DNA of 64,000 nt from the human T2T-CHM13v2.0 reference genome, Homo sapiens (GCF_009914755.1 NC_060938.1), one strand, 5' to 3'. Shown: positions 27,411 to 43,397, counted from the first letter of the stretch. Notes: generated by a model not told the origin, from the letters alone. A program made the numbers and translations.

Positions 27411-29202
27411 AGAATGTATTTTTATACAATATGTTCCCATTAATAAGTTACAGCCTTCTACATTTCCCCATTGCTCATCGTTATAGATGCACTTCACATC
27501 CACAAGCCTACAGTTTTCTCTTCTCTCTCCTACACAATCTTCTCCTTCTACAGACATACAACAAATACTCTGTAAAACAGCCTTCCATTTTGTTCTTATC
27601 TTTAATCTAAACTCTAGAATGTTGTAAGACTAGCTAGACAAGTGAAACTGACTTGACTTGCATTTAGGAATGAGAAAGCAAAGTCAAGTGCCTGAAGACT
27701 CCATAAAGTATGCACCTCATGGGTCTGATTTTTTTAATCAAATACAGGATTTCAGAGTCAGAAACTGTAGAGACTGCTTCCCATAGTCAGGCTAGTAGCT
27801 ATGGATTCTATGTCCTATCAAAAAAGTGAGGTTCATTATATTCCAGGAGCTAATCTGGGACTGAGAAATTGAACTAATTTTATTTGTTCAGATAAAGGAC
27901 TAATGAAGATACGAGATCTAGCTGTGGTGAAATCAAAACAGACACAAAGATTTGATTTTCATGGCTCCTGAGTAACCCAGGAAATCAATTACCTGCTGTG
28001 CTATCAAGGAGACCTTTGTGGCTATAGCAGCCCCAATTACTGGTACTTGAGCTCATACCATATATCTTAAATGAAAAGTCTTCAGTGCAATCTACCCATT
28101 TGTTTTTACTGTCTTAACAATGTATCACCATGGGATCAGTAAGGTTGCAGAACTAGTTTTGATTGAAAAAATAATTTTGAAGTACAGAAGAACTGGCATC
28201 TGTTTTCTATATCACATATAAATACTTTTATAATATTCAACATACTGCTCAAAAATCCAGATAAATTTATCCAGTAAAAAAAAATTATTTAAAAACCTGT
28301 GTTCTGAAATTCCTCAAGGTTTTATTATTCAGGAAGAAGGCAGGGAAAAGTGTGAGCACATCCATCAGTGGTTTTAAATCAGAAAAATAATGAATCTTAT
28401 GCTGAGTACCACTTTGGCAGAGTTAAAAAGAAAAAAAGTCATGAAAAGGTGAAAAAGAAAAGGTGATAATGAAGGTACCATTTCAAATTGGAAACAACTA
28501 AAAGAAAGATTTTTAGATTTGGAAAAAAACATAACTGGATCAAAATATTTATATCAAAGAAAAAATCCTAGTCAATGAGCTAATATCTGCTTTCCTAAGA
28601 ATAGAGCTTAAAACTTAGTAATATGGGTTGTCAATATAGAGTTTGCTGTGTAACAAACAACATGATCTCATTTGAAACCTGATACTCAAAATCAATTCAA
28701 ACAGATTGGGAACAATTTTGTTATTTTTAAAATTATGTGTGCATGTGCATATGCACTCATTACTGATCTTATAGCCAATCTCAAGTCTCACTTGACACAT
28801 CACATCTGGCAATTAGGAAACTGGTGAAGTTGTATTACTCTGTATCACTACATTACAAACAGGCAAGGATAAACTTCAGAACTTCAAGAACATAATTGTT
28901 AGAGAAAGAGAAATGTCGGGCATGGGTGGGAGAGTGGGAGATAGCTTCAAAAAAGAAGCAAGAAAAACATTGTGTCTTCAAGGAAGATACGTTTTTTTCT
29001 CCAGAATTATAAAATATGCTAATCCCAAGAGGATAAACTCCAAAGGTATCATATGATGCCATCTTAACCAACCAACATCATCCATCTTGCTGTTATTAGA
29101 CTATCACCATGCTCAAGCTGAGATCTTTTAAATAGCATTTAATAGTCTTAAAATTACAGAATTAAAAATTAAAGCTCAGTTACACTTAAAAACTAGGGCT
29201 CT

Positions 29203-29477
<275 letters not shown>

Positions 29478-31522
29478 TTAATTCTAAATATGTATTTTTA
29501 TATATATCTTAAGATATTTGGTTGCAATTATAAAGCATGATTTGAGGACTGACATTTTTCCCTAAAGTATAAATTTAGGAAAACTAAATACAAGTTTTCT
29601 TTCTGAATTTCGTAGAGAAAGAAAAGAAAATTTCCTTCAGTGGCTTGGCTGAATTCTACTATTCATGTGTCTAAGGCAGCATGACACCACTTGGATCATT
29701 TTTCTTCCAGTAGTTGACTTGTGAAAGTTTGAGGATAAAGTAGAGATCCATATAGGCACCCAAGACCCAAATGTTTCACATTGTTTATTGACAGTGAACT
29801 TCAGAGATGCACAATATCACTGATAACTCTGAGAACAGAGTACTTCAGTTATCTATTTCTGGTTTGTTTGGGGTTTTTGAGGAATATGCTGAAAGATTCA
29901 ATGTGATCATGTGCTCAAATTTATTAAAGTGGAAATTCATGTTTCCTATTTCTATGCATTTTGTTACTTTGAAGTGATGGGTTTCTATATTGACTGAAAA
30001 GTTTCTTCACATAATTATCCTAAACCGTAAGTGGCACCTTAACCTTTACAGTCAAAATGTTGAGAGATAGATATTGGAAACTTGTACTAAAAGATAGTGC
30101 TGGTGAGACAAGTAGAACAGCCTGCAATTAATATAATTTTTCACTCCCTTCAGATAAGATGTTAGTAGTAAAATTAAGAGAACCATAAAACTGTTATGAT
30201 GATGACTTTATTTAAAAAGAAAAATGGCATTATGCTGATATTTAAAGCATTATCATAGAAGACTACTTTATTACAAATATATATACCCCTTTAGGCATTG
30301 TTCTTTTAGCTGTCCTAGGCTATTGATCAGCCAAACTAATAAGTCTGAACTGTTTTCTAATTCCTGTGTAAAGATGAAGGTATTGAAAACTTAGCATGAA
30401 TACTAAAGAAGAAATATATGCACTAGGGAAAACGCACCTGTGCATTGCTATTCTCTGTCTGACTCTCTAACTGCCACCATTAATATTTTTTGTGTTTCTC
30501 ACAGCTGTCAGGACGTGCTGGCTTCTGCTTTATTCTCAGCTCTTAAACACATCTTTTCAAGTTACATGGTTTGCATGCTAATGTTCAACCAAGGCATATT
30601 ATTCAGTCTAATTTTGATCTTATCAAACATAGGACAAGGATTTTAAATGCAAGAACCATTCATACTAATTAGAAGAACTATTTAACAGCCAGTCTTAGGC
30701 TTCTGAAAGACTAAGGCAAAAATTTAAAATGAGCCTCAAAATTAAAATAATAGCAATAGCATAGAAATTTTTTAAATGTTCACATTTGTTTATTTTTTGT
30801 TTTAAATCCAATTGAGTGCTATTTTCAAATAATCAGAAATGTGAGACTATTCCATTTATACAAGATATGATCAAAGAGTTTCAAGTCGAATACTGTCTTA
30901 GAAATCATTTAGCACAACTCCATAATTTCATGAATGAAGAAGCCTGGAGAGCATGGAGAAGTTTGCAGTCTTTCCCGAAGTCACACTGTGACCTAACGAC
31001 AGAGTCAAGACTTAAAATCATACTGCTCTGTCTCCCACCATACAAGATAAGCTGAGATCAAACAGAAAAAAATGCTAAAGCATTTTTAAAATCAAAGCAC
31101 TTAAGAGATATTTTTAAATTGCTTGTTTGATGTAGAATTTCTATTCAAGTCAAAATGATCAAATTTCCTTATAAGTCTTTTAGTCCTCCTTTTTAATCAG
31201 AAGTGATCCCATCGCCTCTACTAGATGCTGTGGTGGGAGTTCTCACATTTACCCTGTCAGAAGAACTGCAATTGATCAACATGCCACTTCTCAAAATCTC
31301 ACACTATCCTGGTGTGGCCTTTTTCCACTTTATTTGGAATATTGATTGACTCAATGCTTAATAGAGGCATAGCTCTCCAAAGCAAACATTCCTTAGGAGA
31401 CACAACTTGACTCACTCAAATGAATATTTGGACTATTAACTAGCTCACCATTATTTCAATGATTTAGCCTACCTGTAGGCTTACAGCCTACCCATAGGCT
31501 ATCCACACAAAGTACATATTTA

Positions 31523-31810
<288 letters not shown>

Positions 31811-31865
31811 CTATAAAGTACACATTTGGGTTTCCAAGTGCACAGCCCTCTACAATCTTGAAACC

Positions 31866-32110
31866 CATGTTCTCACTTACAAGTGGGAGCTAAATAATGT
31901 GTACCCATGGACATAGAAAGTGGAATAATAGACTCTGGAGATTTGAAAAGGTTGGGGGAGGAGGAAAGTGAGGGATAAGAAATTACCAAATGGATATAGT
32001 GTACATAATTTGGGTGATGGTTATACTAAAAGCCTAGACTTCGCCATTAAGCAATATATCCATATAATAAATCTGAACTTGTACCACCTAAATCTATAAA
32101 AATGAAAAAT
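31866..32110 (+). mobile_element. L1PB4-like 3' end
   Basis: ATGTTCTCACTTACAAGTGGGAGCTAAATAATGTG..GGGTGATGGTTATACTAAAAGCCTAGACTTC..TAAATCTAT. Confidence 0.82.
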
Positions 32111-34478
32111 ATATAATTTTTTAAATGATCAAATCTGAAGGCCATACTGAGCATACCTGCTGCTTTCATCATATGGAAGAGTCCACACGCACAAGAGAAG
32201 GAAACAGATGAGGTAGGCCTGCTTTGAAGAAGTTCCCAAAGATGTTCAAATTAGTCATTTTATCTGTTGAATATGCTAAGTAGATTGTTAATAAGATAGG
32301 CTGATGAGAATTTGTGAATTTTCCACAAGATATGGGGAAAATGTATAACTAAGTATTGCTAACTAGAAATTTTTTCAGCTATGAAGACAGAGTGAACCTC
32401 TCAAACTAAAGAGATAAATTTTTAATTACTTATACCTATATTAACTGGAAGTCTGAAGTTAGTAGAGCACTGTCAAACTAGTAGAAGTCAAAAGATGCCT
32501 TATGTTAATAAATTGGCACATAACATGATTTTTGAGGCTATGTCATTAACTTCATTATATCAAACTACTTAGAGTTAGTTATATATGAAAATATAGGAAC
32601 GTATAAACAAAATAAAACTTGAGGGAAAAATACAGAAAAGAGGAAGGACAGTAAGTAAAATACACATTGAGTAACTGACCATCATATACCTAATATATGT
32701 GAGAATCAATACATTTTGTGTTTGCCTTTTGGTCTGATCCCTGTGAAGCATGAAGAGAAGTAGAACTTTTACCTGCATTTCAAAGGAAACTTAGAGAAAC
32801 AGAAGGGGTATAATTTTCCTGTTCTAAGACTAAATTGTATTCTCAGATATCAAGCTTCTTAAGAACCAGAATGAAAATATCTTTTAAGCCTTTTGCATTA
32901 CACATTCACTCCTATAATCTCTGTTTTTTAATAGTCAATAAACAGTAAAAATCAACACAGTCTCCTGTTTGGGGAAAGAAGGCAATATGTAGACATCTTT
33001 AATTGGGAGAGAACCATGGCCTACAAATTCAAAGGCCTTTTGTACATTAATCTCTCCCTTCTTAATCATCACACTAATCTTGTAAAGGATCACAGAGATC
33101 CAGAAATGTCAAAAGATATAATTGCTGTATTTTGTAATTGTTGAGGATTATATCCTGAACACAAAGACAGATGGGAAAAGGCTTTTGGCCCAATTTCTAC
33201 TGTGTGCTTGGGGAACAATCATAAGATAAGCAGAAGCCTGTTTGCAAATAGAGTAGCAAAGAATAACATACCCTTTGAATGAAATGCTCATTTAATGATA
33301 TGACATTTCCTTTAGTGATCTAGAAATCAATTAGTTTTAACCCATTTCACTGTACTGACTACTAAAATGAACACAAAAGATTCAATGAGACTTCTTTGGC
33401 TTATACCAATGTGTCCTCCCTTCAAAATAAATTCACTTGGAGAAACTTAAGATTCTATAATGTGAAGTTTCACAAAAGACTTTTTTTCTCATATAATGGA
33501 AATAGTTTGTTGTATTATGCAGTGCACTTCATGTTTTCCAAGGCACATTTCAGTGGTTCTGCTTCACAGCACCCACATCTTCGTTGCAAGCAATGAAGTC
33601 TGTGTTTCTGTAATGGCTGTCACTGTTATTTTGACTGCCTTTAACCCGCTTGGCTACTTGAGAATCGTTTTGTCAAGATCTGCCCCCATAAAGTGGCCAT
33701 GGCGTGGCCTTTGTTGATAAACTGCTCTCGCTTCACTGACAGATACTTTCTGATGTCTTGAACATAGCAACAGTGATCCCACAGTGACAGCTAACACTGG
33801 AAAAATTCTACAATGCAATTTAACTACAAGATGTAGAAGAAAACACAGAAGACATAGGTGAATGGAATTGATGGGTCAAAGGATACAAAGACAAACTCCT
33901 TCCAGGAATGTTTGAGAGTGCCTGGTTGTGTACATCCTTGCCAATATTAGGTATTATGATACTTCAAAATCTTTGTCAATTGATTTAATTAAAAATAATA
34001 TCTTGTTACAATTTGTATTTTTCTTAAGAATGCAACTTAATATTTTCATATCTTAATTTGTCACTGCTATTTTTCACTGTTCACTTTCTCTGCCTGTTTT
34101 TCTATTGAGGGCATTGTCTTCATTGAATTGGAAGACCACTTTATATACAGAATACCAATTCTAAAGTTGAGAATATATTATGGGATAAATGACCAGTATC
34201 GCTTTGATCTGAAATGCCTGCAACAGGATAGAGAAAATGTTATTCACTGAAATTCCAGAGGAGTTGGTTGGGGGGAAGTATATTTCTCTGCAGTCTCTAC
34301 ATGAAGAAAGAGTTGTTTTTGGAGCTTTGATTTTCGGAAGCTTGAGGCATACAATAGGCATGAGAAAGACAGTGGAAAGTGTGGATGTGTGATGTGAATG
34401 GAAGCAATCTGAATGTCCAGCAATAGAAGATCATTAAGTAAATTCTAATATAATACACATAATGAGATGCTATGCATT

Positions 34479-34935
34479 TGTGGTCGGCAGCTTCTAAAAT
34501 CATCCACGGTGATACCCAGCCCCTGATATGCATGCCTTTATGTTATCTTCTCCCCTTGAATGGATCTAGTGACTTGCTTCTAACAAACAGAATATGGCAA
34601 AAGCCATGGGATATTGCCTCTGAGATGAGGTTACAAAAAGATTCTGTTTCTGTCTTAGTCATCCTTTCTTGCTCTCTCACTTCCTCTGATTGTATCCAGC
34701 TGCTATGCTGTGAGCTGCCCTATCAAAAGGCTCATGGGGAAAGGAATTAAGGGAGGCTCAGTCCAGTGACCTATGAGGAATGCAGTTCTCCCGGCACCAT
34801 ATGTGTGAGCTTGTAAGCAAATCCTTCCCCAGTTGTGCCTTGAGATTTCTACAGCCCCAACCCACATAAAAGTTTATTGTTTTAAGACACTAATCTTTGG
34901 GGTAATTTGCTATGCAGCAATAAATAACGAATGCA
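34479..34935 (+). mobile_element. MLT1F-like LTR among old L1ME-like fragments (about 33860-35930)
   Basis: TGTGGTCGGCAGCTTCTAA..GTGACTTGCTTCTAACAAACAGAATATGGCAAAAG..TTTGGGGTAATTTGCTATGCAGCAATAAATAAC. Confidence 0.78.
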
Positions 34936-36130
34936 GCAGCCATTAAAAATGATAATGCAGATGTGTGGTTTGTATGTACAATGGGGGGATAGATGTGTGG
35001 GTATGTGCACATGTCATCTGTCCTGCTGCAACACGCTTCTGTATATACACTTAGTAAATAGGGGAATTATGGCACTATAAGTTGGAGTTGTGCTGGTTCA
35101 TATATGACTTTTTCTGGATAAGCAAAGCCAAAAGAGGAGGACTGGACTTCTGACCATCAGCAGGAAAGGAAAAACCCTCTGCTCAGCAGCTGCACTGACA
35201 GCAGGAGCCCATTGGCTATGTTTTAAGAAATTTAAAACAAGTGCTTAAAAATATAAAATATAGACAAGGCTATTTATTAAAGCATGATTTGCAAGATTTA
35301 TAGTAAGAAAAGACTGAAAAAAACCCACATTCCATCAGTATAAGATTGATTAAGTAAACTATGGTATACCAACCAATGAAGGACTATGCAGATATAATAA
35401 GAACCAATGAAAATTCTTTATGGTAATGTAGAGTGATCTGCAGGATTGAGCTATTAAATGAAAGACACCAAGAAACTGAACAGTGAACCTCATAAAAAAG
35501 GGAAATATCAATATGTATAATATTTGCTAATATTTTCAAAAAGAAACTTACAAAGATACCCAAAAACTATTTAAAAACATAATACCAAATCCAATTAATG
35601 GATTTTCCTTGAATTCTGATTTGAGGAAAGGAATGACAAAAAGATTTTTTTTAACTGGAAAAACTTAAACATGGATTTGATATTAGATGATATCAAAAAT
35701 TTTGATAAATTTTGTTAGGTGTGAAAGTGGCATTATGTTTATAGGTTTTTAAAGTTTTTATCTGGTAGGAATATATACTGAGTTATTAGCAGGTAAAATT
35801 ATAGATAGCTGCAACAGGATGGAAAAATATTTATAATTGTTGAAGCTGGATTTTGAATGCATTATATATATTTTACTTTGGGGTATGCTTAAAAATTTCC
35901 ATAATAAAAAGTTGAAAAACAAATAAATAAATTTTAAAAGAAGGTTTGCTCGCAGACCTTTTTACTCAGAAAGACACAGCCCTAGAGAGGCGAGAGAGGT
36001 GCAGCTCTCAGCTCATGGCAGATTTCACTGTTGCCAGTGCCTACCTACCTTGACGGTAGCCCCAGTGGCTCAGAAATCTGTTTCCATCTGTATTGTGCAT
36101 ACTCCTGCTCAGTGTGCTCCCTTCCTATTC

Positions 36131-36441
<311 letters not shown>

Positions 36442-38495
36442 TAATTAAAGGGTTGAGGTTGATGGCATTACCACTTTATTGTCCTTGCATTTTTAAAATC
36501 TCCAACATACCAGCCTGCAGTCATGTTGAATTGTTGTCTGGCAGTCTATCTTATCTACCCAGATACTAGCAACTGTTTTTGCTGGTTCTCTGGCTGCAAG
36601 TTTGCTTGAACTTTGAATACTCTGCCCTAACCTTATTTTCCAATTTATCCCTGTCATTTTTAGGGTGCAATTTTGCCAAATATAAGGTTTTTTGGAAGTG
36701 CATACACTGCATTTTAGCAGAAATGCCTATACATGCAAACAATGTACAGATAAGAGCAACTTAGCAAATAATTTTTATATAGCATAATTTGGATTTTGTT
36801 GAAACACATATATATGCATAAGAAAAAAAGATTTTTGTAGTTGTTCATATAAGTTCTCTAACTTTTCTACAAGCATTTTTGTGGGTTTATAAAAGAAATG
36901 ATAAGAGTTTTTAAAATTAAAAAGCAACTGATAGCCCAGCATCTGACCACTTATACAACTAGAAACGTCAGATTCAAGGGCAAAGAAGTGAAGATGGAGT
37001 AAATTCTGTAATTGCCTGTGGCTTAGAGAAGTCTCAACACTGTTCTGAGTGTCTCTGGAAGAGATTACTTCACAAACCCCACACCAGCAGAAGTTAAATT
37101 GTCCTGTGTCAGGGTGAAAAACAGAGTGGGCTGGGGGATTTAGGAGGGTGGGGTCGACTATTCTGAATCTTATTTTGGCAAAGGCTGCTGAAAAGCCAAA
37201 AATCTGGCAGTCATCAAGATGACATCTTAAACTGAAAGATATTTTAAAAACTCACATTTATAAAAAACCACCTTCTACTGCGATAGCCTCCTTTAATATA
37301 TCATTTTCACAATATTTTTCATATATTATAGCTCTCTTCACTTTACAGACAAGGAAACACTCAGAGATCTAACAAATTTGATGAGGTTATGAAGATGCTA
37401 AGAATAGAGAAGGGAATTCATTCTACCTCTCTCCTTAAAGTTTGTATTTCAGAGAAAATCACACATACTGTTACCAATCAAATTATTTTATAGGCAAGCT
37501 AGTTTCTCAAGATTGGACTATCTGGGTGACTTTCAAAAATATCAGTTAATACTATCATGGTAAATTAATGCCTAGCATCATAATTCAGTTCCATCATTCT
37601 AATTACAACCAAACATAAACATTTGCCCAGAGATATGTAGTTAATTCTTGATTATCTTTACCCCTAGAATTGGAGGAAGGGGAGTTTATGTGAATAAGGA
37701 AGCCCACTTGCCCAAAGGCACACAGAAAACTGGAAGCCAGGAGTTAACTGTTTCTGTCCCTTCCTGAGAATGGGCACTGGGGCAGTGCCTCTTAGCCCAG
37801 GCTCTCTACAGGATCCCATAGAGCATAGCACATATAGTGGTCTGTCTGCTGATCTTTCTCTGTCCCTCTTCTTTCTCAACTGGGCCGTAAATATAGTTGA
37901 CATTTCCCCTGAATAAATCCATACAAATTATGCCATCAGTTGAATCATTACATTTGCAGTTCAGGTTTAATTTTTTTAACTTGTTAGAAATCTTAATCAA
38001 GGCCTTATATGGCATTGCAAAGTTAACACCCTAAGGACCTCATAAGAGCCCTTTCTCCAACCTTGTTAATATTTTTGCTTTCTCTCTCTTCCAAATTGCC
38101 AACTTTTCACACTTGCATAACCTGCTCCTTCGAACACTCCAGTGAGTACACCCTGATTTGCTATAGCTGCTGAACTATTTTCTCCTCTTTTGATTCTGCC
38201 CCAAACATTCATTTCCCTCATGTTTGGCCCTTAAAACTCTCCTTGCTGTCTATTCTACCTTCTCCTAAGGTCAGTCTTGAGCACTCAAGAAAGGTAAGGG
38301 GCACTGAAAACACTAGAATTCTGTCCACCAGGCCTTTCACATACCTATAACACAGATCACTGGCATTCCTGATGGAAGCCCTGAAGTCCCCCCATCACTC
38401 AATGCCTACTAGATTATAAAAAAAATCAGTTATGGAAATATAATTTTAATATTGAGTAACGTGATTCTATTCTGGTATTTAAAAATTAATAATAC

Positions 38496-38700
38496 TCACC
38501 TGAGTCCAAGAGTTGGAGACCAGTCTGGGCAACATAGCAAGACCCTATCTCTGCAAAAGATTTAAAAAATTAGCCAGGCATGGTGGCACACACCTGTAGT
38601 TCCAGCTACTTGGAAGACTGAGTCAGGAGAACACCTAAGCCCAGGAGTTCAAGGCTACAGTGAGCTATGATTGCCACTGCCCTCCAGCCTGGCCAGCAGA
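38496..38700 (+). mobile_element. AluJ fragment, truncated at both ends
   Basis: GGGCAACATAGCAAGACCC..CCCAGGAGTTCAAGGCTACAGTGAGCTATGAT; no poly(A). Confidence 0.85.
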
Positions 38701-39276
38701 TACTGGCATAAGTGTTAAATCTCAGCTCTTCATAATTACATAATCCATTTCCCCAGCAGGCCATCTAGGACAATGGTCTTCATTGTGCTGAGTTGAAAAT
38801 ATGCTTATGGAACAACATAGCCAACTTCTATCCCCTGCAGAGTCTGTGTGTAAGATTTCAAGGTAGCCAAAAAGGCTTCACATGGAGCCAAAAAGCATTT
38901 AACTTGTTAAAAGCATTCCTGGGGAAGAAAAAATTCTCATCCTGTGGGATTAGTCAGATCACTTGAATACCTGCTTCTCATATTCTTATTTCCCATGATC
39001 TTGGCTATTTCCCCAGTTTCCAGGCTCTCTTGCAACTCTGGGTCGACTGTTCAGCTCTCCTTATTTTCTGATGACTCATATCTTCAACCTTGACTGCTCC
39101 CACAATCATATCTATTGGCACCCAGCTTCAATCTGATGCCCACTTGGTGCTTTCTGGTTTTGACCCATGTTTGAACTCCCAGCCCTAGGTAGTAAGGGTG
39201 TCATGCTAGACATATAGAAAGCTGTCTAATTAATGAACCTCTTGGAATATTATTAGGTACAGTCATATTAAGGCCC

Positions 39277-39744
39277 TGTTAAAGAAAAACAATTATTCTG
39301 GCACTTGTTGAAAGGGCAAAGAAGACTTTATTCAAGACTATTGCAATAGGTGTCAAGACTATTACAATAGGAGAGAGAAATTCCACTCAACTCCAAACAC
39401 ATTAAAGTAGTTGGGAATTTACAGCCAAGGAGTAGGAGGTGAGGGGTGTCAATGGATAGAAAATTACTAAGAAGAGGCATCAAGTGTAGCGGAATTCTTG
39501 CTAAACCATCTTAACATGATTCCTGCTGAAGTTAGTTCAGGATGATCAGATATCAAGGGTGTGGGATGAGAAATATGATCAGATATCAAGAGTGATCAGA
39601 TACCAAGAGTGGAGAGACATTCCGTAAACTGACTTAACAGGACTCTTGCTAAGACCAGACTCAGTAGGCTTATGGAAGACAGAGCCCTAGTTGAAAGAGG
39701 TTTCAGAGAAGCCTGTCTAAAGTTTGGTCGAGGCGAGAGTGTCA
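39277..39744 (-). mobile_element. MER31-like ERV1 LTR
   Basis: TGTTAAAGAAAAA..GACTTTATTCAAGACTATTGCAATAGG, repeated TGATCAGATATCAAG, and AAAGTTTGGTCGAGG..GTCA. Confidence 0.75.
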
Positions 39745-39819
39745 ACCCACAACAGCATTTGTAAACAAAAGAAGGAAAGGGAGAAGGAAATTAACACACT
39801 TTTAATGACTGTCTGATTG

Positions 39820-40880
39820 TGACCCTGTGTCACTTCATGGTACTGCATATACATATTATATTATTTAATCATAAGTATTATGAGGAAGATATCATTATCC
39901 TCACTTTACATGTAAAGAAACTGAGGGTCAAAGAAATTAAATAATTGACTGTGGGATCAGAAGACCTGATTAGATGTTGACTTTTTACCCTGGTATCTCT
40001 AGTGACCTTAAACAAGTCACTAACCTCTGTCAGTCTCAGTTAATGTGCAAAATTGAGATAAGACACCCTCCTCCCAGAGCTTTAACCATTATCTTTGTGA
40101 GGATGACATCAGAATCTCTCTCTCTCAACTCTTATTTCCAAATTCATATCTCCAACTGTCCCCTACACAGATATTTTAAAAAATTAACATCCCAAATTGA
40201 ACTTATTATCTTGCTTCAAAATACCTTGCATTTCTTTCTAAATTCTTAAACTCATTAGATAAGACCTATATCATTTTGCAAGCTAGAAACATCAGTTATA
40301 CTCAGCTCCGAGTACTCATGACCCCTGCACCCAAACACACATACTTCCACAAGCAAATGCCTAGTTCTAAGAGAAATATTTCCCAAAGCCACCTTCTCGA
40401 TTATGTCCTTATGATTGCTCCTTCTGCTCATGCTCCGATCATCCCACCTGGGCTGCTAGGAAGGCCTCCTGGTGGTCTCCTTACCAACAATCATATCTGC
40501 CCTAGTCCATCCTCTTGTCATTGCAGTCATATCCATGAAAGCAGAATTTAGTCATATCACTGTGCTGCCTAAAAACTCTGTAAGTCCTTCACTGCCTACC
40601 AGTAAGATCAAAAATCCTTAGCGAGACATACAAGGCCCTTCACAGTCAGCCTCAACTTTTTGTCAAGCACCACCTTTAACTGTCCCTCCCCACTGAGGGT
40701 CCATTCAGGGAACTCTCCCTCTCTATCACCTGTTCCCTCTCTGAATGTCCATCCCCTAATCTCTCATCTGGTAAAATCCCTTCAAGATCCATGTCAAATG
40801 TCATCTTCTTCCCTCAATCTCTTTTGGCACCATCTGCCCTCCTCCAGACCCCCACGGCTCTTTGTTCATACCTCTAGCAT
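39820..40880. mobile_element. MIR fragments followed by L2
   Basis: AAACTGAGGGTCAAAGA (MIR, minus); GTGACCTTAAACAAGTCACTAACCTCTGTCAGTCTCAGTT (MIR, plus); L2-like CATATCTCCAACTG and CATACAAGGCCCTTCA. Confidence 0.55.
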
Positions 40881-40884
40881 AAAC

Positions 40885-41241
40885 CCTATGGTCTGAATGT
40901 TTATGTCCCCCTAAAATGTATATGCTAAAATCTCAACCCCCAAAGTGATGGTTTTAGGAGGTGGGACTTTTGGGATGTGATTAGGGCTCTGGCCTCATAA
41001 ATGGGATCAATGTCCTTATAAAAGAGATTCCAGAGAACTCCCTTGCCCCTTCTGCCATGCAAGGACACAGCAAGATCATGGTGGTCTATGAACCAGGAAG
41101 TCAGCCCTCGCTAGACACAGAATCTACCAGCACCTTGATCTTGGACTTCTCACCCTCCAGAACTGTGAGAAATGAATGTTTGTGGTTTACAAGCTACCCA
41201 GTTTATAATATTCTGTAGAGCATCCGGAAAGGACAAAGACA
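40885..41241 (+). mobile_element. MLT1A0 LTR
   Basis: CTATGGTCTGAATGTTTATGTCCCCC...CACCTTGATCTTGGACTTC..CCTCCAGAACTGTGAGAAAT...AAGACA. Confidence 0.88.
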
Positions 41242-42440
41242 GCCCTTAGCTACAAAGGAAGTAAATGTCTCAGACATGTTTCTCCTATCAGACTAGAAAC
41301 TTCTTGAACACAATAACTATGTGTGAGTCACACTTATGTCCCCTGAGCCTTACTTAATCTAAAACATCATTATACCTACAATTCATTTTCTAAACGACAA
41401 GATTATAGAAAATAAAACAGCTCTCTTTATCCATCATTTAAAATAAAGAAAAATGAAGACAACTGCAATTCAATGTGCAATGTTAAGTTAAACTCAATAA
41501 GGCTCCCATTCATTTAAAATTAAGGAAGAATAAGATCCAAAATACTTTTCCCCTAGGATTAAAACACATTATTGTATAATTATAGACAACATTTGAAAAA
41601 CTGAAGTGTGTTGCTTCTTTAGGGAACTGATTTCTTTCATTCCATTTACTATTTTTGTGGCATTATGATAAGCCCCCTAAAGTCACTTCCTAAGTAGTTA
41701 CAAGAATAAAAGAAACTTTAAATTAAATACCTTAAAGTTCTTCCTTAGGAATAATAATTCATCCCTGCCAATGACTTCCCAACAAATTTCCCAGGTTACT
41801 ACAATTTTAAATTAAAGAATTAAATTATGAGATAAAAAAATTAAAATTACTCTGCATTTAAGTAATTCTAAATGAATCAATAACAAAGGCATACAAACTC
41901 ATTATTTCAGATATTTTTATCTGTTTTAGTTATCAAGCAGATGAGCTACAAATATTCTAAATTGTTAACGTTTACAAAATATAATTGTTTTAATTATTAC
42001 ATAATCTACCTTGCCAAATATTAATTACAAATATTAAATAATAGACCTTAAATAAGTATATAATCTAAATAATTATTATACAATTTATCACCATATTTTA
42101 TAGTCTATATGATCCACACTGACCTATCTAAAATTACTATGAATTATAATTTAAATCTTACAGTTAGAACTATTTCTGGGCAATGTCTTTCAACAGACAC
42201 AACCACGTGGATGTTATACAAATTGTTCTTTGGTGTAGAATTTAAGCTGTCTTCTTTGCTCTAGTCTACATTTGCACAATACTATAAAGAGTATTTTACT
42301 TCCATGCTTTCTAAAAACTTGAAACATAATTTCCTGTAGATAATTTTCCAAACACTTCCTCCAGGTGATGTGGCCTGGTCAATTTCATTTCTAAAAAAGG
42401 CAGATAAAAATGTTATTTACCTTTTAGGTATATTTTACTC

Positions 42441-42849
42441 TGTCAGAGACTGCTGGTTGCCTACTCTATATCCATTCTCCCCTTCTTCACTAATGGAATT
42501 CCAATTTTGTTGGCTCCGAAGAAAGAAAAAGCAACCTCCCTTGCAGATGGGGGTGGCCATGGGATATAGAGCAGGCCACTGCTTGGATGTGAAAGCTGGG
42601 TTTTTGGAGAAGCTTCAGAAAAAGGGAGTATGATTCATCTGACACTCATTTTTGTCCTTTATTTCCCTCCATTTTCCTTCTTTAAATCTTAAGGGCTGAA
42701 AGAATTGCAGACATTGCAGTCCTGACACCCTCAGCCACTAAGGTAATACCAGCATCATTCATTACATAAGAAAAATAAGCCCCTATCTTGTTTTTAAGCC
42801 ACTGTTATTTGGGTTTTCTGTTTCATGCAGCAGAACTGAGTACCTAACA
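42441..42849 (+). mobile_element. Old MLT1 (J/K-like) LTR
   Basis: GACTGCTGGTTGCCTAC..ATATCCATTCTCCCCTTCTTC..CCTCCCTTGCAGAT..TTTAAGCCACTGTTATTTGGG. Confidence 0.65.
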
Positions 42850-43397
42850 GAAATTTGTACCAACACAGCAGTGTCTTTTACTACAATCACTCAGTGTACC
42901 TATCTACACAAAAGAACAGCACTGCTTTTCACACATGGATTCTGTTAAATTTTAAATTACAGCACCTTATTAAAAGTCATTAGACAAATTCAATTTTACC
43001 TATATATGAGAACCTTTTGAGAGACTGGGTCCCAAAGGAAGAGCACAGTATAAAATAAAAAGCAAGACAATGACGGAAAAGAAGGTCAGCATCCTCAAAG
43101 ACAGATTCCTTTACAATAGAGCTCTGAACAAAAATTAGGCAGAGTCCAACAGAGCTGTTTCTGAAAATAATGGATATGTTAAAAAAAAAAAAAAAAGAAA
43201 GAAAGAAAGAAAGCCTAAAGAAGGAAAATACCAGAACAGCATAGCCTTTGAAATGCACAGAATGTTACAAAAATAATGATTTGTTCTATATATCTGTTCT
43301 TTAAATGGTAGCTTCATTATTTTTTTTGAAATGCCTTTATCTCCAGGACATCAGACATACCCATAAGTACAAAGTCACATATAAAAGATTTTGGACT

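Noticed and set aside
39543-39610. Three TGATCAGATA(T/C)CAAG repeats
   Set aside because: They appear intrinsic to the MER31-like LTR.
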